This document shows, one piece after another, positions 12,167-25,800 of a DNA stretch of 64,000 bases. Position 1 is the stretch's first letter; each line of letters opens with the position of its first letter. Both the position numbers and the translations under genes were made by a program. The stretch comes from Azolla caroliniana (taxonomy: Eukaryota > Plantae > Polypodiophyta): contig JBHGNT010000003.1 in assembly GCA_043228905.1 (NCBI GenBank), positions 10,850,001 through 10,914,000 on the forward strand, in the 5' to 3' direction. The notes below the pieces were generated by a model. It searched no databases. It was not told where the DNA came from and saw only the letters and a list, made by a program, of their open reading frames with translations.

Positions 12167-13773
12167 CCGGCATTACTGCTTCCAGCCCAAATGCTAACCG
12201 AAATGGCGTTGACCGGATACTCGTTTTATATGTTGTCCGGATACTCGTTTTGTATGTTGTCCGGTATGCCCATAGTGCACTATGCAGCTTGGTGTCCCAA
12301 TCGGTCTGGTTTTCATTGATGATCTTCAACAGGAGTTTTTTGAGCGTTTTGTTTGTGGATTCGGCCAGTCCATTGGCCTATGGATAATACGAGGTATTGC
12401 GCTTGTGTACCACTGCATAAAATGTTGTTAAGCTCTCCACTACTTGATCGAGAAAATGTCTGCCTTGGTCGCTAATTAACTCGATCGGGCATCCATACCG
12501 GCACCAGATGTACTCATATAAGAACTTTGTCGTTGAAGCCACAGTGTTGTCCCGCAACCCCTTGGCTTCTACCCACTTGGTGCAATAATCAGTGGCGGCT
12601 ATGACATATCTGTTGCCGGTTCTCATTGCCGGAGGTTTAAACGGCCCAACGAAATCCAGCCCCCATTTCTGAAATGGTTCTAAGGGTAGCACCGGCTAGT
12701 GAGGCATCCTTGCCTGTTCTGTTGGTTGGCCCATCCATTGACATAAATCACAGACTTTCGCGTACCGAACCCAGTCCTTCAGTGTCGCCGGCCACCCTAG
12801 CCCGTTGTGCCATATCTTTCTTGTCGTAGCGTCCCCGTTATAGTGCCCTCCGGCAACGCCACAGTGCGCTTCTCATAATATTGTGTCCTTTTCGTTGCTT
12901 CACACTGCTCGCTGCCACATGCCATCCGCACCTTTATGGTACAGGGTGTCCTGTAATAGACAAAAATGCCGGCTTTGTACCACTAACCGCTTCCGCTCAT
13001 CTTGGTTCATCTCCTCCGGTGGAAGTCCCGTGCTTAGAAATTGATGCATGTTGGTTAGCCACTTGTCTTTGTCGACTAACGTGCTATCAACTACCATTTC
13101 AGTTGTTACTTTAAACAACTCAGCATCCGGAAACTCATCCGGGACTCCATCACCTGTCTCACCAGAGTCTAACAGGCTCAGATAATCGGCAACCGCATGT
13201 TGTCATCCCGGTCGGTGATATATTTCGAACTCGAACTCTTGTAGCAACAATGTTTGTTATCCGGCCGGCAAAGGAGCTAAGGACGGCAAAGACCAGGGTG
13301 TGAAAAGGGGAATTGTTATTTAGGAATCTGTTGAAATTACTAGTCTTAATATATAGATTAATATATGAGAAGATGTGGACGGACGGACCGGAATCGGTAT
13401 GCCGATCCGGATCCGGACCGATCCTGAAAAGGTGCCGGTTGGCACCGTTTTGTACTTCGCACCGGTGATCTATATAAAGGCTCGGTTATAATGTAGTCAT
13501 TAACGAAGAGTAATATAAACCGTTTGTTTAATCATGGAGTATTGTTCACTGTTCTGTGCTTATTGTATATCTTATGCATGTTAATGATGTATTGCTAAGT
13601 AACTGATTAAGGTCCAATTAAGCGTTGTGTCATAAGTTATCTCACCGTAACACCCTTTGGTGAAGTGTCTTAAGTTGACACCCTGTGTTAGGTTGTTGTC
13701 CGGCCCTAAGGATTAACACAGTTTTTGGCGACCACGATTCCTGCACAATCGCAGTGAACAGCGGCGGGAATGG

Positions 13774-16700
13774 ATGACTAGGCCAACGGACGACCCGGTT
13801 ACGGAGAGAGCAAGTCGACTTGCTGAACGGCGAAGGCGGCGAGAGGCTTTCCACCAAGCGGTAGAAGAAATCTGATCGGATCGATCATTTTCCAAAGTTA
13901 TCCGGAAAGTGGCGGAGGAGTCGCTCCGTCTGCAACAAAACGCATACCCGAACGAAGGAAGCAGCTTAAGCAGTCTCCGGGAAGCGGAATTCCTTCTCAA
14001 GGCATTGGCCGGAGGAGCCGGCGAATCCGAAGCATTTTCGGCGTTGGAATCGGATTCAGAGGGGGTTTACAGGGCGCACACGAACTATCGCAGCAGTAAT
14101 GACACCCCAGAAAGACCAGAGGACGAGGAGTCGGATACATTACCGACACCGGAACCAGAATTGTCAGACCGGGAACCTCCGGCACTAGACGTGGAGCAAC
14201 CTCCGGAGACGGAAGCGGACAAAGAAAGACCTCCGACACCGGAAGTCGAGCCGGCAACACCAAAGGGGGACCGGGAAAGACCTCCGACTCCGATAGAGGA
14301 CCAGCAACGACCTCTGAAGCCGACGGAAGAGCAGGAAACACCCCCAACACCGTCGGCCCGCGCACCAACATCGGACGACGACATGCCGTTCTAGTACCCC
14401 AAGTATAGGGATGACCCGAACGCGGAGGCTCATGTTCACGCTTTTCAACAAACATGGGAGGCGAACCATGTGTCACAACGGTTAACCGCAGCCGAAGAGG
14501 AACGATCTAAGATAGCCGAATTCGGCATGACATTGGAAGGACCGGCCACTAGATGGCACCGGACACAGGACCCCAGCACCATCACCACCTTTGCGGACCT
14601 GAAAGCTAAATTCTTGCACTTCTTTCAGAAGGAGGTGGACCAGAGAGAAATGGTGGGCCTATTTTATACCATTCGGCAGGACCCTGGGGAGAGCATTCCG
14701 TAGTTTGTCATTTGGTTTCAACGGATGCACAGTCAGCTTACCCGAGCACCTCAGGAGGAAGAAACACAGGCTATATTCTTAGCCGCGCTCCGGGAACCTC
14801 TACGGACGGTATGCACGGTCATCGACTTTCGCACAAGTATCGTCGACTAGGTCATCGATCGGGTTAGAGAAATGGAGAAAACAAGCTCTTGGCTAACAAT
14901 GGGAACACTCCAACGAGCGTTACCAACCGATGAGGATCTCCGGTTTCGACAGGCCATTCAATGCACAACATGCCTAAATGCCAGACACTCAGCACTAGAA
15001 TGTACCATGCGGTCGCAATATCTATTGTGCCATTCCAGGAACCACACAATGGAGCAGTGCGAGTACAATTTGTTGAATCGCCAAGCACCACCTATTCGGC
15101 AAATCGAACCACGGAGTACCAAGGAGGAGGAAGAAGAACGTTGGAGGCACGAAGAGCGATGCCGACCGGCACAGGATGTCCGGTATAGGGAAAACCCTGA
15201 CCGGTATGAGAGATATGATCGGTACCGGGATTACAATGGACGGTATGAAAGATACAATCGGGACCAATCCCCCAGTTACAACCAACGACAGGAAGTCTAC
15301 GGCAGACCCGATGAGCAGCCCCGTCAAGAGTATCGGAACAAAAAGAAATGCTCTTTCAAGAAAAGGAGTCACCTACGGGAACCAGAGAAGGGCGCCTCAA
15401 GCAGCCAACCAGATCAAAGCCCAGCCGTTACCACAGGTCCTCCACCGGAAGCAGGAAACAACGCCGAATCCAGCACCTCCCGGAAAGCATATTGCTACTA
15501 TTGCCGACAAGAAGGACATTATAGTAATCAATGCCCAGCAAAGAGCTATGATAAACGACCGGTGGTGAATATGGTAGTCATCGAAGTCGCAGACCTGCAA
15601 CAGGTAACCACAAGATCGAAGGGTAAGGCGACGGAATGGGAGGCGCAAGAGGCCATCCGCAAACAGGCAATCGAATGGGTAAAAAAGGCGAATGCGTGAA
15701 ACATGGTAGAGCTTGCGCAGCAAAAGGAAAATACCGAAGAGCTCGCTGACGGCAACCAACCCGAAAATGCGACATGGCAAGCATTGTAGGAATGCCAAAT
15801 CACGCTGCCATTAGGACGGCTCCTGCAGCTAGTGCCCAGATTCACAGGACTCAAGACAAACATGACGGCAGGAGAAACACCACCGGCTCCAACATTCTTC
15901 TCAAATCCGGAGTAGGGACCGGCGGTAGTAGACACAAACAGTCCGGCGATTACAGCCATCGTGAAGGGAAAGGAGTTACCCGGAACAGTAATAGATGGAG
16001 GATCCGACGTCAATGTGATTAGTCTCCGAACGTGCAAAACCTTGGGAATCCAAGAGTGGGAACCATGCCCGTTCTAGCTGCGGATGGCGGATACAAGCTC
16101 AGTGCGACCGACCGGCTTGATACGAGATTTGGATGTAACGATCGGCGGCCACACATTTCGCATCTCGGCAGTAGTGCTACAACTATAGGCACAAGGAGTT
16201 TACCCACTATTGTTGGGGCGGCCGTGGTTGAAAACAGCGCACATTAAACAAAACTAGAGGAAAAATATAACACCTTCCGGCAGAGAAAAGCAAAAGTACG
16301 GGTACCGACACAACCACGGACGGGTACGGGAAGGAATTGACACCCCTATATGCCGAATGCGTCAATATGCTGGACGGATTAGCAGACGAAGAGGTAGATC
16401 AATACTTGCAGGATAATCCGAAGATCGTACCTCTGTTCGAAATCGACGTCGCCGAAGCCGTATCACCATACATACTGCCACCGGACGGAGCCGACGAGGA
16501 ACCAAATAAAGAAGTGATCCGGGAGCTACGGCAAGCATAGGAGGCACTGGAAAGAGAAATGGCCGTATCGCAACGGGTTAAAGCATCCCAACTAGAGGAG
16601 GTGAATCTAGGAACTACGGAAGAGGCGAGAGCAGTGCACATCGACAAGGAAATGATTGCGGAGAACAAAACGGCGATGATTACACTTCTCAAAGAATTTC

Positions 16701-19449
16701 GGGACGTGTTTACTTGGTCTTATGAGGATATGCGAGGGCTCGATCCTTAGCTATATCAGCATCAAATACATTTGAGCAAAGACGCCAAACCGGTAGCATA
16801 GCGACAGTACCGGATGAATCCAAATTATGCCGCCAAAGTCAAGGAGGAAATCGACAGGTTGATGAGGGTTGGCTTTATCCGCCCAGTAAAGAAATCTACA
16901 TGGCTGAGCCCGATAGTAGTCGTACCAAAGAAAAACAGAAAAATTAGAGTTTGTGTCGACTACCGTAAGCTTAACGCGACGACGATAACATATGCATTCC
17001 CACTCCCATTTACGGATGGAGTTTTGGACGCAGTCGCCGGCCATGAGGTATACAGTTTCTTAGACGGATTCAGCGGATACAACCAGATCTGGATGCACCC
17101 CGATGACCAGGAGAAAATGTCTTTCGTCACCGAATGGGGAGTGTTTGTTGTCGTAGTAATGATGTTCGGACTAAAAACGGTGTCGGCAACATTCCAGAGG
17201 ATCATCATGGAAATATTCGGAGAATTCATACCGGCATTCATGCAAGTGTTTCTGGATGACTTCGCCGTCTATAGCCGGGAAGGAGATCACTTTCAGCACC
17301 TCTGGCTATGTCTAGAGAAATGTTGGGCTTACCGGCTAAGCTTGAATCTGGCAAAGTGTGTATTCGGAGTGTCAAGCGGGGCACTATTAGGACACATTGT
17401 GAGCAAGGAAGGAATTGTCGTGGACCCGGACAAAGTAAAAGCAATCTTGGAGGCACCGGCACCAACAACGGCCAACGCATTAAGCCATTTCTTAGGCCAA
17501 ATCCGATGGCATAGCCGAATGCTCCGGTATCTGGCAGACCTGGCTACACCGCTGCATGTTGCGGTACACCGAACAGTGGACCGACACCGAAGACAAGGCG
17601 TACCGGGCACTCAAAGTACTATTATCGCAAGCGCCGGTAGTGCAACCCCCGGATTGGGCTAAGGAGTTTCATGTGTTCGTGGATGCGTCCGACATTGCAA
17701 TCGGAAGTCCGCTAATGCAACTTACGGAGCCAAGGTGGTACCGGCCCGTATATTATGCAAGACGAAAGTTATCTCAAGCAGAACGAAATTATTCCACCAC
17801 GGAAAGGGAAGCTTTGGGCATGATCTACAACGTGACAAAGTTCAGACATTATTTGTTGGGAAGGAAATTTTCCTTCCACGTAGATCATTCGGCACTCCTC
17901 TATTTAGTTTCCAAAGCGTCACTAACCGGTAAGTTGGCACGGTGGACGTTAGTTGCAGGAATTTGAGTTCGAAATATTCCACCGACCCAGCATACAGCAC
18001 GCAATAGCAGACTATTTGAGCCGGTTAGATTCCGGCAAGACTGGTGATGGAGTCCTGGACGAGTTTCCGGATGCTGAGCTATTTCGGGTCACCGCGGAAA
18101 CAGCAACAGATGAAACGGTGGCACAAGAAGATAAGTGGCTAACAAATATGCAACAATTTCTGAACACCGGATTGCCTCCGGATGAGATGAACCGGGACGA
18201 GAGGAAACGCCTAGCGGTACAAAGCCGGCACTTCTATTTAGTACGGGACACGCTATACCACAAAGGCACGGACGGTATATGGCGACGGGTAGTGCGCAGC
18301 GACGAGAAGGATATAATACTACGAGAAGCACACTACGGAGTCGCCGGAGACCATTATGCCGGAGATGCTACGGCAAGGAAGATATGGCAAAGTGGCCTAT
18401 GGTGGCCGACAACATTGAAAGACGCGGTCTGGTACGCTAAAGAGTGCGATTTATGTCAGCGAATGGGCCAGCCAATCGAACAAGCTAGGATGCCGCACCA
18501 GCTGGTACTACCGTTAGAACCATTTCAGAAATGGGGGCTGGACTTTGTGGGTCCATTCAAACCACTGGCAATGAGAACCGGCAACCATTATGTGATCGTC
18601 GCTACGGATTACTGCACGAAATGGGTAGACGCCAAAGCCTTGCGCGACAACACCACGGCGTCAACGGCGAAATTCTTGTGTGAATACATTTAGTGCAGGT
18701 ATGGATGCTCGATCGAGCTAATAAGTGACCAAGGAGGGCACTTCCTCGGCCAAGTGGTGGAAAGCTTGACGTCGTTCTATGCTGTGGTTCATAAACGGAG
18801 TACGCCATACTATCCGCAAGCAAACGGGTTAGCCGAGTCGACGAACAAAATGCTACAGAATATCCTTCGAAAAATCGTCAACAAAAACCGGACAGACTGG
18901 GATATGAAATTGCACAGTGCACTTTGGGCTTACCGGACCGCCTACAAAACAAGCATCCAAACCACACCGTTCCGGCTAGCATTCGGATTGGAGGCCGTCA
19001 TGCCGGTAGAGTTTCAGGTCCCGAGCTTGCGGATTCAAATTAGGGAACGGTTAAACGAAAAGGAATCAGAGGCAATTCGGTTAGCAGCTCTGTGTGAACT
19101 AGAAGAACACCGACTAGCAAGTATCATGCACCTGGAACTAGAGCAGCGGCGAAGAAAGGCGTTTGTGGATCGCCACCGAAAAGGAAATGAAAAGATCTTT
19201 GGAATCGGCAAGCCAGTACTAGTGTTCCAGACCCGGATGGGAAAGATGCCGAGGAAACTACGGTTTCGGTGGACTGGAACGTACTGGATCACACGCGAGT
19301 TCAATGAATCCTACCAGTTAGGGACACTTGCCGGCGAAGTCCTGGGTAAGTGGGTCAATGGATTTCGACTAAAGCCATACAAGGGACCCATGCCGAGGAA
19401 CCCATTTGAACAAGAAAAGGCCAATGCCGAACCAGATACCGGAATATAG
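13774..19449 (+). pseudogene. Gypsy gag-pol (gag, CCHC, protease, RT, RNase H, integrase)
   Basis: CYYCRQEGHYSNQC; IDGGS; CVDYRKLN; FLDDF; VFVDASD; HYG..H..CDLC; WGLDFVGP; KLRFRWTGTY. Multiple stops and frameshifts. Confidence 0.93.
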
Positions 19450-19656
19450 GAAACAACGGCAACCCGATAGCAATCGGCAACAACAAAGCCGGTAAGGGGG
19501 ACAAAGAGCCGACACACGGGTTGGATAAAAGGACGGCAAACCCTCACGAGGCCAGCAAGATTCCTCATTCGGGTAAGGGTCCGTTAGGACCAGAGACGAA
19601 TTAACCTAACAATTGTTTAATCCAAAAAAAAAAAATCGAATCGAATCAAAGAAATC

Positions 19657-22600
19657 ATGCAAAGGAGTGGTGGGAACAGCCATGCAAACGAGGAGTAAAG
19701 AGGCACTTCGAAAAGGTACGAGGAGGCTATGAATAGGGCATTAAAACACTGCCACATGGCACGTAATGCTATTATAGTACACAACTTACACATGCGTAGG
19801 CTCGAAAAAGGCGCCAAGATGCAGAGAGAAAACACCCCCCCGATCGAGACCTTCTTCTTTCGCGAACCAAGGAGCACAGATGCACACAGGCGCTTGAAGA
19901 TCATCAGAAGAGAGCCAACACACACAGAGCTTCCTCATACACAGCCCTCACCGACGTTGTCCGACCTCGACGCAGAAGACATGGACTGCCAGACTCTCTC
20001 GGAGGCCGCCAAGAAATGGCTACGACAACACGGATTGGAGGGGTTCCTCACAATCATGGACGCACCACCACACAAAGAAGCCAACCAGATCAGAAAAGAA
20101 ATTGACACCGAGTTGATCACGGAGGAAGCGATCCATGCACTAACAGGCCTTCCGGAGGGGGGCATCTATACTATTGACAACCCTACCTCCGAACGGCTAA
20201 TCAAATACTTCGGCGAATATTCTCTGGCCAACAAGGGCTACAGGACACAGGGCAGAGAAAATATGTTATTCTGAGAAATTGCCCGTGTACTCCATGAGTT
20301 TGGCCACGTATACCCTCAACCCCCCGTTATGCCTCAGAACCGAGCAGGCTTGATCATCGCAACATACGATGGGGTCAAGGTGGATTGGCTAGTGCTGATC
20401 ACCGATGGATTGTGTGCGGCTATTGACACTGTAAGAGGTAAGGAAGCCAAAGAAGGCCGGAAAATATGGCATGCGGTGGTGCAATGGCTCACCCTATTGG
20501 CGCCACCTGTCGAGCCCGTCCAAACAAAGAAGCGGGGAAGAGTAACAGACGGCACCCCGAAAGCTGCTTCAAAACGACAGCAATTGTTGCCCACCAAGAC
20601 CACTAAGGGGAAGACAGCCGACACAGAGCAGGCGGCGAAGGAGCGCGCCATCCAGAAGTAGCCGACGGACAAGCAGGAGGAGACATCGGCACGACCCTTG
20701 AAGAACACACTCCGCCGACCGGTGCAGCAAGAAACGGACACCCTGGCGGCAAGAATGAATGTCGGGACTCAGGAGCAGGAAACAGAGGTAGAAGAACCTA
20801 CGGAGCACCTCCAGCGGCGGCCGAAGACGAGCACTGCAGAATCAGCCAGGAAGCGTTCGGACCCACAGAAGGATGGAACGCCTTTACCCCACACTGCGAA
20901 TCCTACGCCAAGGGAGGAACCGGAACCGGTTCGAAAGGAACCGATCTCAGAAGCCCCTGTACAACAGGCAATACCGACAAGCCCCGAAACGCAAGCGCCG
21001 GTAAGGCATGTCCCACCTTCCTCAGCCGGCCAAGAACAAGCCGAAACACAACCGGAACCCGAACGGCAAAGTGGTCAGCAGGCACAGTAGGAAGTGCAGC
21101 TCGATGCAGTTAGGCGGGACAGGCCACTTGCAAGTGAACCCATCAGCCAACCCTCCATGCAGACGCAACAACAGGGTACCGGCAGCCAATGGCTCCGGTG
21201 GATAGGAGAGCAGGTTGCCGGACTGATACTGTATGTAGAGGCTGAAGAATGAGCGCAGATGGAACGGTTGCTAGTCACAATCGATGAACTAGAGACGGCC
21301 CGGTCAAGGATCCGGTGCCTTGAACAAGACTTGGATCGGGTCACAGAAGACATGGCCAAAATGGCCTTAACCGCAACACAAATCCAAGCACCGGTGACTC
21401 CGATGGATGTACAGAATAAAGAAACAACCACGCCTGTACATACGAATAAGACCCCGGAGACAGAAACCGTCCTGGAGAAAGATGTGGAGCAAGCCCAAGA
21501 GCTTGCCGAATTAAGGGACGAACTTGCCACACAAGAAGCACTACGGAGCCGCGAACGAGATTTGAAGAAAGCGGCAGAACAGGAGTTAAGGAAGACTGCT
21601 GAAAACCTCCGCCGGGCAGAAGAAAATCTGTGGAAAGGGCATCAAGCTTACGACCGGCTAAAGGAGGAAAAAGAAAAATTCTTGTAGGAGAAGGACAAGC
21701 TGCGACGGATGGCGGAAATGGAAATCGAAAGGCTGAAAGAAGAACTCCGTCAACAAAAGGACCGGGAAGACTGCGCTCGCCGGCAAAACAACTAGAGGCT
21801 GAAGCAGAAGACAGAGGACTTCGACCACCTGCACCGGAACTTTAAGAGCTTAGACATGGAGTATAAGCAACAGCAGGAAAGGATGGCCGAGCTCCGGCAG
21901 GAAGTTGATAGGGCCACAACGGCACTCGCCGACGAACGGGCTGAGAATACAAAGCTATTGGAGGAAGCGGCGAGGGACCGGATGGAGCTCCACAAGCAGC
22001 ACAATGAAGAAAAGGACAGGGCGACAATGGTGTTACAAAGGTTGCAAACAACCTATCAGAGTCAATTGTCGCATTATAGGGAGCAGGAGGCAGACACGGT
22101 CAGAATCATCAAGCAATTGAAAGAGGAGCAACAAGCCGCGGAGAACAAATCACAGATGGGAATGGAACGGATCCAGTGCATCCTCCGGTCATGGCTAAAC
22201 AAGACCAAACGCTTGATTGAAGAGAGCTCCAAGCGATGGTGGACGAAATGGGCGCAGAATACAGCTGAACTCCAGTTGCTCAGGGTGGACACCGAAAACC
22301 GGCGGAAGGAAGGTGACGACTGTTACATGCTCACATCGGAGGACTTCACCGCCATAAAGGATGAGTTGGCAGAAGATTTCACAGCTCTAGCGGATGAGCA
22401 ATTGGTGCAGGTCCGGCAACTCATAGCTCAACTGGACGACGATCGGATGGATGCTCAAATCCAATTTCAGAGCTATGAGCGGTCCCGGATTAGGGAAGAA
22501 AAAGCAAGGCAGACGGCAACGGTCAACCTCAGTGATGAGGAACCGTCGCCGGTACAAGGACCAGACGGAGACCAGGTCGGGGTAAGTCAACCAGAGACAA

Positions 22601-22803
22601 CTACGATGGAGGAAACAATGAAGGAAACGCCGGTGCCAGAGCAACCATCAGAGCCGCAGCCAGAGTCGGAGCCACAAACGGAGAAGCAACCCCAGCCACA
22701 ATCGGAGCAGCCCCAGCAGCAGCAATAGCATCTACAACAGATTCCCGTAAAACCACTGGAGACCCTGGAGCAAAGCATCTTGGATATCTTGAACGAAGAG
22801 TAA
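19657..22803 (+). pseudogene. Extra sense ORF downstream of pol (about 1048 codons, broken only by nonsense codons)
   Basis: ORF pieces 19729, 20329, 20698, 21259 and 21856 share one frame. N-terminal ITEEAIHALTGLPEGG, P/E/Q-rich linker, long E/K/R/Q coiled-coil-like region. The C-terminus PLETLEQSILDILNEE* is conserved in the outer element (PLEPLDQNILDIMEDE*). Confidence 0.8.
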
Positions 22804-25800
22804 GGGGCCAGTGTGGGATTCGACGTACAAGGTACTGTCCCATGGGCGTGCCATGTGTTACCTGGCCGGCAAAGGAGCTAAGGACGGCAAAGACCAGGGT
22901 GTGAAAAGGGGAATTGTTATTTAGGAATCTGTTGAAATTACTAATCTTAATATATAGATTAATATATGAGAAGATGTGGATAGACGGACCGGAATCGGTA
23001 TGCCGATCCCGAAAAGGTGCCGGTTGGCACCGTTTTGTACTTCGCACCAGTGATCTATATAAAGGCCCAGTTATAATGTAGTCATTAACGGAGAGTAATA
23101 TAAACCTTTTGTTTAATCATGGAGTATTGTTCACCGTTCTGTGCTTATTGTATATCTTACACGTGTTAATGATGTATTGCTAAGTAACCGATTAAGGTCC
23201 AATTAAGCGTTGTGTCATAAGTTATCTCGCCGTAACACCCTTTGGTGAAGTGTCTTAAGTGGACACCCTGTGTTAGGCTGTTGTCCGGCCCTAAGGATTA
23301 ACAATGTCCATCAGGCCAACTTGCCGGTGAGTGATGCGTTTGAGACCAAATATAACAGCGCTGAGTGGTCGACATGGAATGAAAATTTCCTTCCCAATAA
23401 ATAGTGCCTGAACTTGGTAACAGTGTAAATCATCCCTAACACTTCTCTTTCCATTATTGAATAATTTTGTTCCGCTTGGGATAGCTTCCGGCTAGCATAA
23501 TAGACCGCTCGGTACCATTTCGGTTCAATCAGTTGCATTAGTGCGCTGCCGATTGCTATGTCGGACGCATCAAAGAACACGTGGAATTCTTTTGACCAGT
23601 CCGGTCGTTACACTACCGGTGCTTGCGATAGCAGTACTTTCAGTGCCCGGTAAGCCTCATCCTCCGTATTTTTCCATTGGAACGGTGTTTGGTGAACCGC
23701 GGCATGCAACGGTGTAGCAAGATCGGCCAAATACCGGAGCATCCAGCTATGCCACCGGATTTGCCCTAGAAACCGACTCAAAGATTTGGCCGTGGATGGT
23801 GTCGGTGCTTCTAAGATTGCTTTGACCTTATCGGGGTCTACCGCGATCCTGTCCTTGCTGACAAGATGGCCCAGCAATGCACCGCTTGATACTCCGAACA
23901 CACACTTTGCTGGATTCAGGCTTAACCAATAACTCTTGCATTTCTCAAGACATAGCCGGAGGTGTTGGAGATGTTCATCTTCTCGGCTATACACGGCGAA
24001 GTCATCCAAGAATACATGCATGAATGCCGGAATGAACTCGCCAAATATTTCCATGATTATTCATTGGAAGGTCGTTGGCGCGGTCTTGAGCCCGAACATC
24101 ATTACCACTACGACGAAAACTCCCCATTCGGTGATGAACGTCATCTTTTCTTGGTCGTCGGGGTGCATCCTTATTTGATTGTAGCCGCTGAAACCATCTA
24201 GAAAGCTATACTCTTCATGACCAGCTACCGTGTCCAAGACTCCATCCGTAAATGGAAGTGGAAAGGCGTCGGTCATTGTTGCCGCATTGAGTTTTAGGTA
24301 ATCGACGCACACCCGGATCTTACCGTCCTTTTTTGGCACGACGACTATGGGACTTAACCATGTAGCTTTTTTCACTGGTTGGATAAAACTGACTCATAGC
24401 AACCTGTCAATTACCTCTTTGACCTTGGCCGCATAGTTGGGGTTCATTCGATAACGCCATTGTGCTACCGGTTTGGCATTTTTACTGAGATGTATCTGGT
24501 GTTGGTACAACTGAGGATCCAGTCCCCGCATTTCTTCATATGACCAGGAGAATAAAGTGATCATCGTCGTCTTGTTGTCCGGTGACATTTCCTTAGAAAT
24601 ATGAACCGTTCTTGCGTCATCCCCGGTTCCTAAGTTCACTTCCTCTAACTGGGATGCTTTCACGCGTTGCGATACCGCCATCTCCCTCTCTAGGGCTTCC
24701 TGTTCTTGCCGTAATTCTCTGATAGCTTCCCGGTCCAATTCCTCGCCAGCATCATCCGATTGCGTTATATATGGTAACACCACTTCTGCCAAATCGATTT
24801 CAAATAGGGGTACAATTTTTGGGTTTTCTTCTAAGTATTGGTCAACCTCTTCATCCGCAAGCCCCTCGAGCATGTTTACACCTTCCGCATATAGCAGTGG
24901 CAGCTCCTTCCCAGTACTTGCTCGAGGGTGGGTGGCTAGGTACCCTTACTTTACTCTTTCCTCGCCGGAAGGTAATCATGTTTTTCCGCCAGTTTTGTTT
25001 GATATGTGCCGTTTTTAGCCATGGGCGGCCCAGAAACAACAGGTAAGCCCCTTGCGCATTGAGCTGGAGAACCACCGCTGAAATGCGGAATGCGTGTCCT
25101 CTGATAGTTACGTTTAGATCCCGTATCAAACTGGTAGGTCTTACCAAACTTGTATCCGCCATCCGGAGCCAAAATGGGCAAGGCTTCCATTCCTAGATTC
25201 CTAGGGTATTTCAAGTCTGTAGACTGATCACGTTCACGCCCGATCCTCCGTCCACAATCCTCCCTGGTAGTTCTCGTCCTTTGACGATGGCGGTGATTGC
25301 CAGACTGTTCGTGTCCACCACTGTTGGCCCTTCTTCCGGATTTGAGAAGAACGCAGGAGCCGGCAACGGAATTGATGTGGTCATTCTTGATTTCAGCCCT
25401 TCCGTAACTGGGGAACTAACTATAATAACCGACCCAATGGCAGCGTAATTTGACATTCTTGTAACGCTTGCCATGTTGGGTCTTCCGGCTGAATCGTGTC
25501 CGTGGCCTCTTCCGGTTTTTCCTTTTGTTGTTCAAGCTCAGCCACATTCCACTCATTTGCCTTCTTCACCAACTCGGTGCCTTGCTTTCGGATTGCCACC
25601 TGTGTTTCCCACTCTGTCGTTTTGCCTTTTGCCTTGGTGGTGACTTGTTGTATGTCGACGACTTCTGCTACCACCATATTTACGGCTGGTCTTTTCTCAT
25701 TGCTTTTAACCAGACATTGATTACTGTAATGTCCTTCTTGCCGGCAATAGTAGCAGTACGCTTTCCGGGTGTTGCTGGATTCGGCGTTCGCTCTGGTACC

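Larger units (their letters stand above)
13255..23303 (+). mobile_element. Ty3/Gypsy non-chromovirus element, full-length inner copy of the same lineage, inverted relative to its host
   Basis: LTRs 13255-13718 and 22856-23303; TSD ATGTT/ATGTC; PBS TGGCGACCACGAT at 13726 (tRNA-Arg-like); inserted in the host RNaseH-INT linker (LA*WT|LLLQEF). Confidence 0.95.

Noticed and set aside
12213-12266. 24-bp in-frame duplication (TTYKTSIR x2) in the outer integrase
   Set aside because: Simple slippage between CCGG words in a dead copy.
19657-22803. Retroviral envelope gene
   Set aside because: No signal peptide or transmembrane segment visible.
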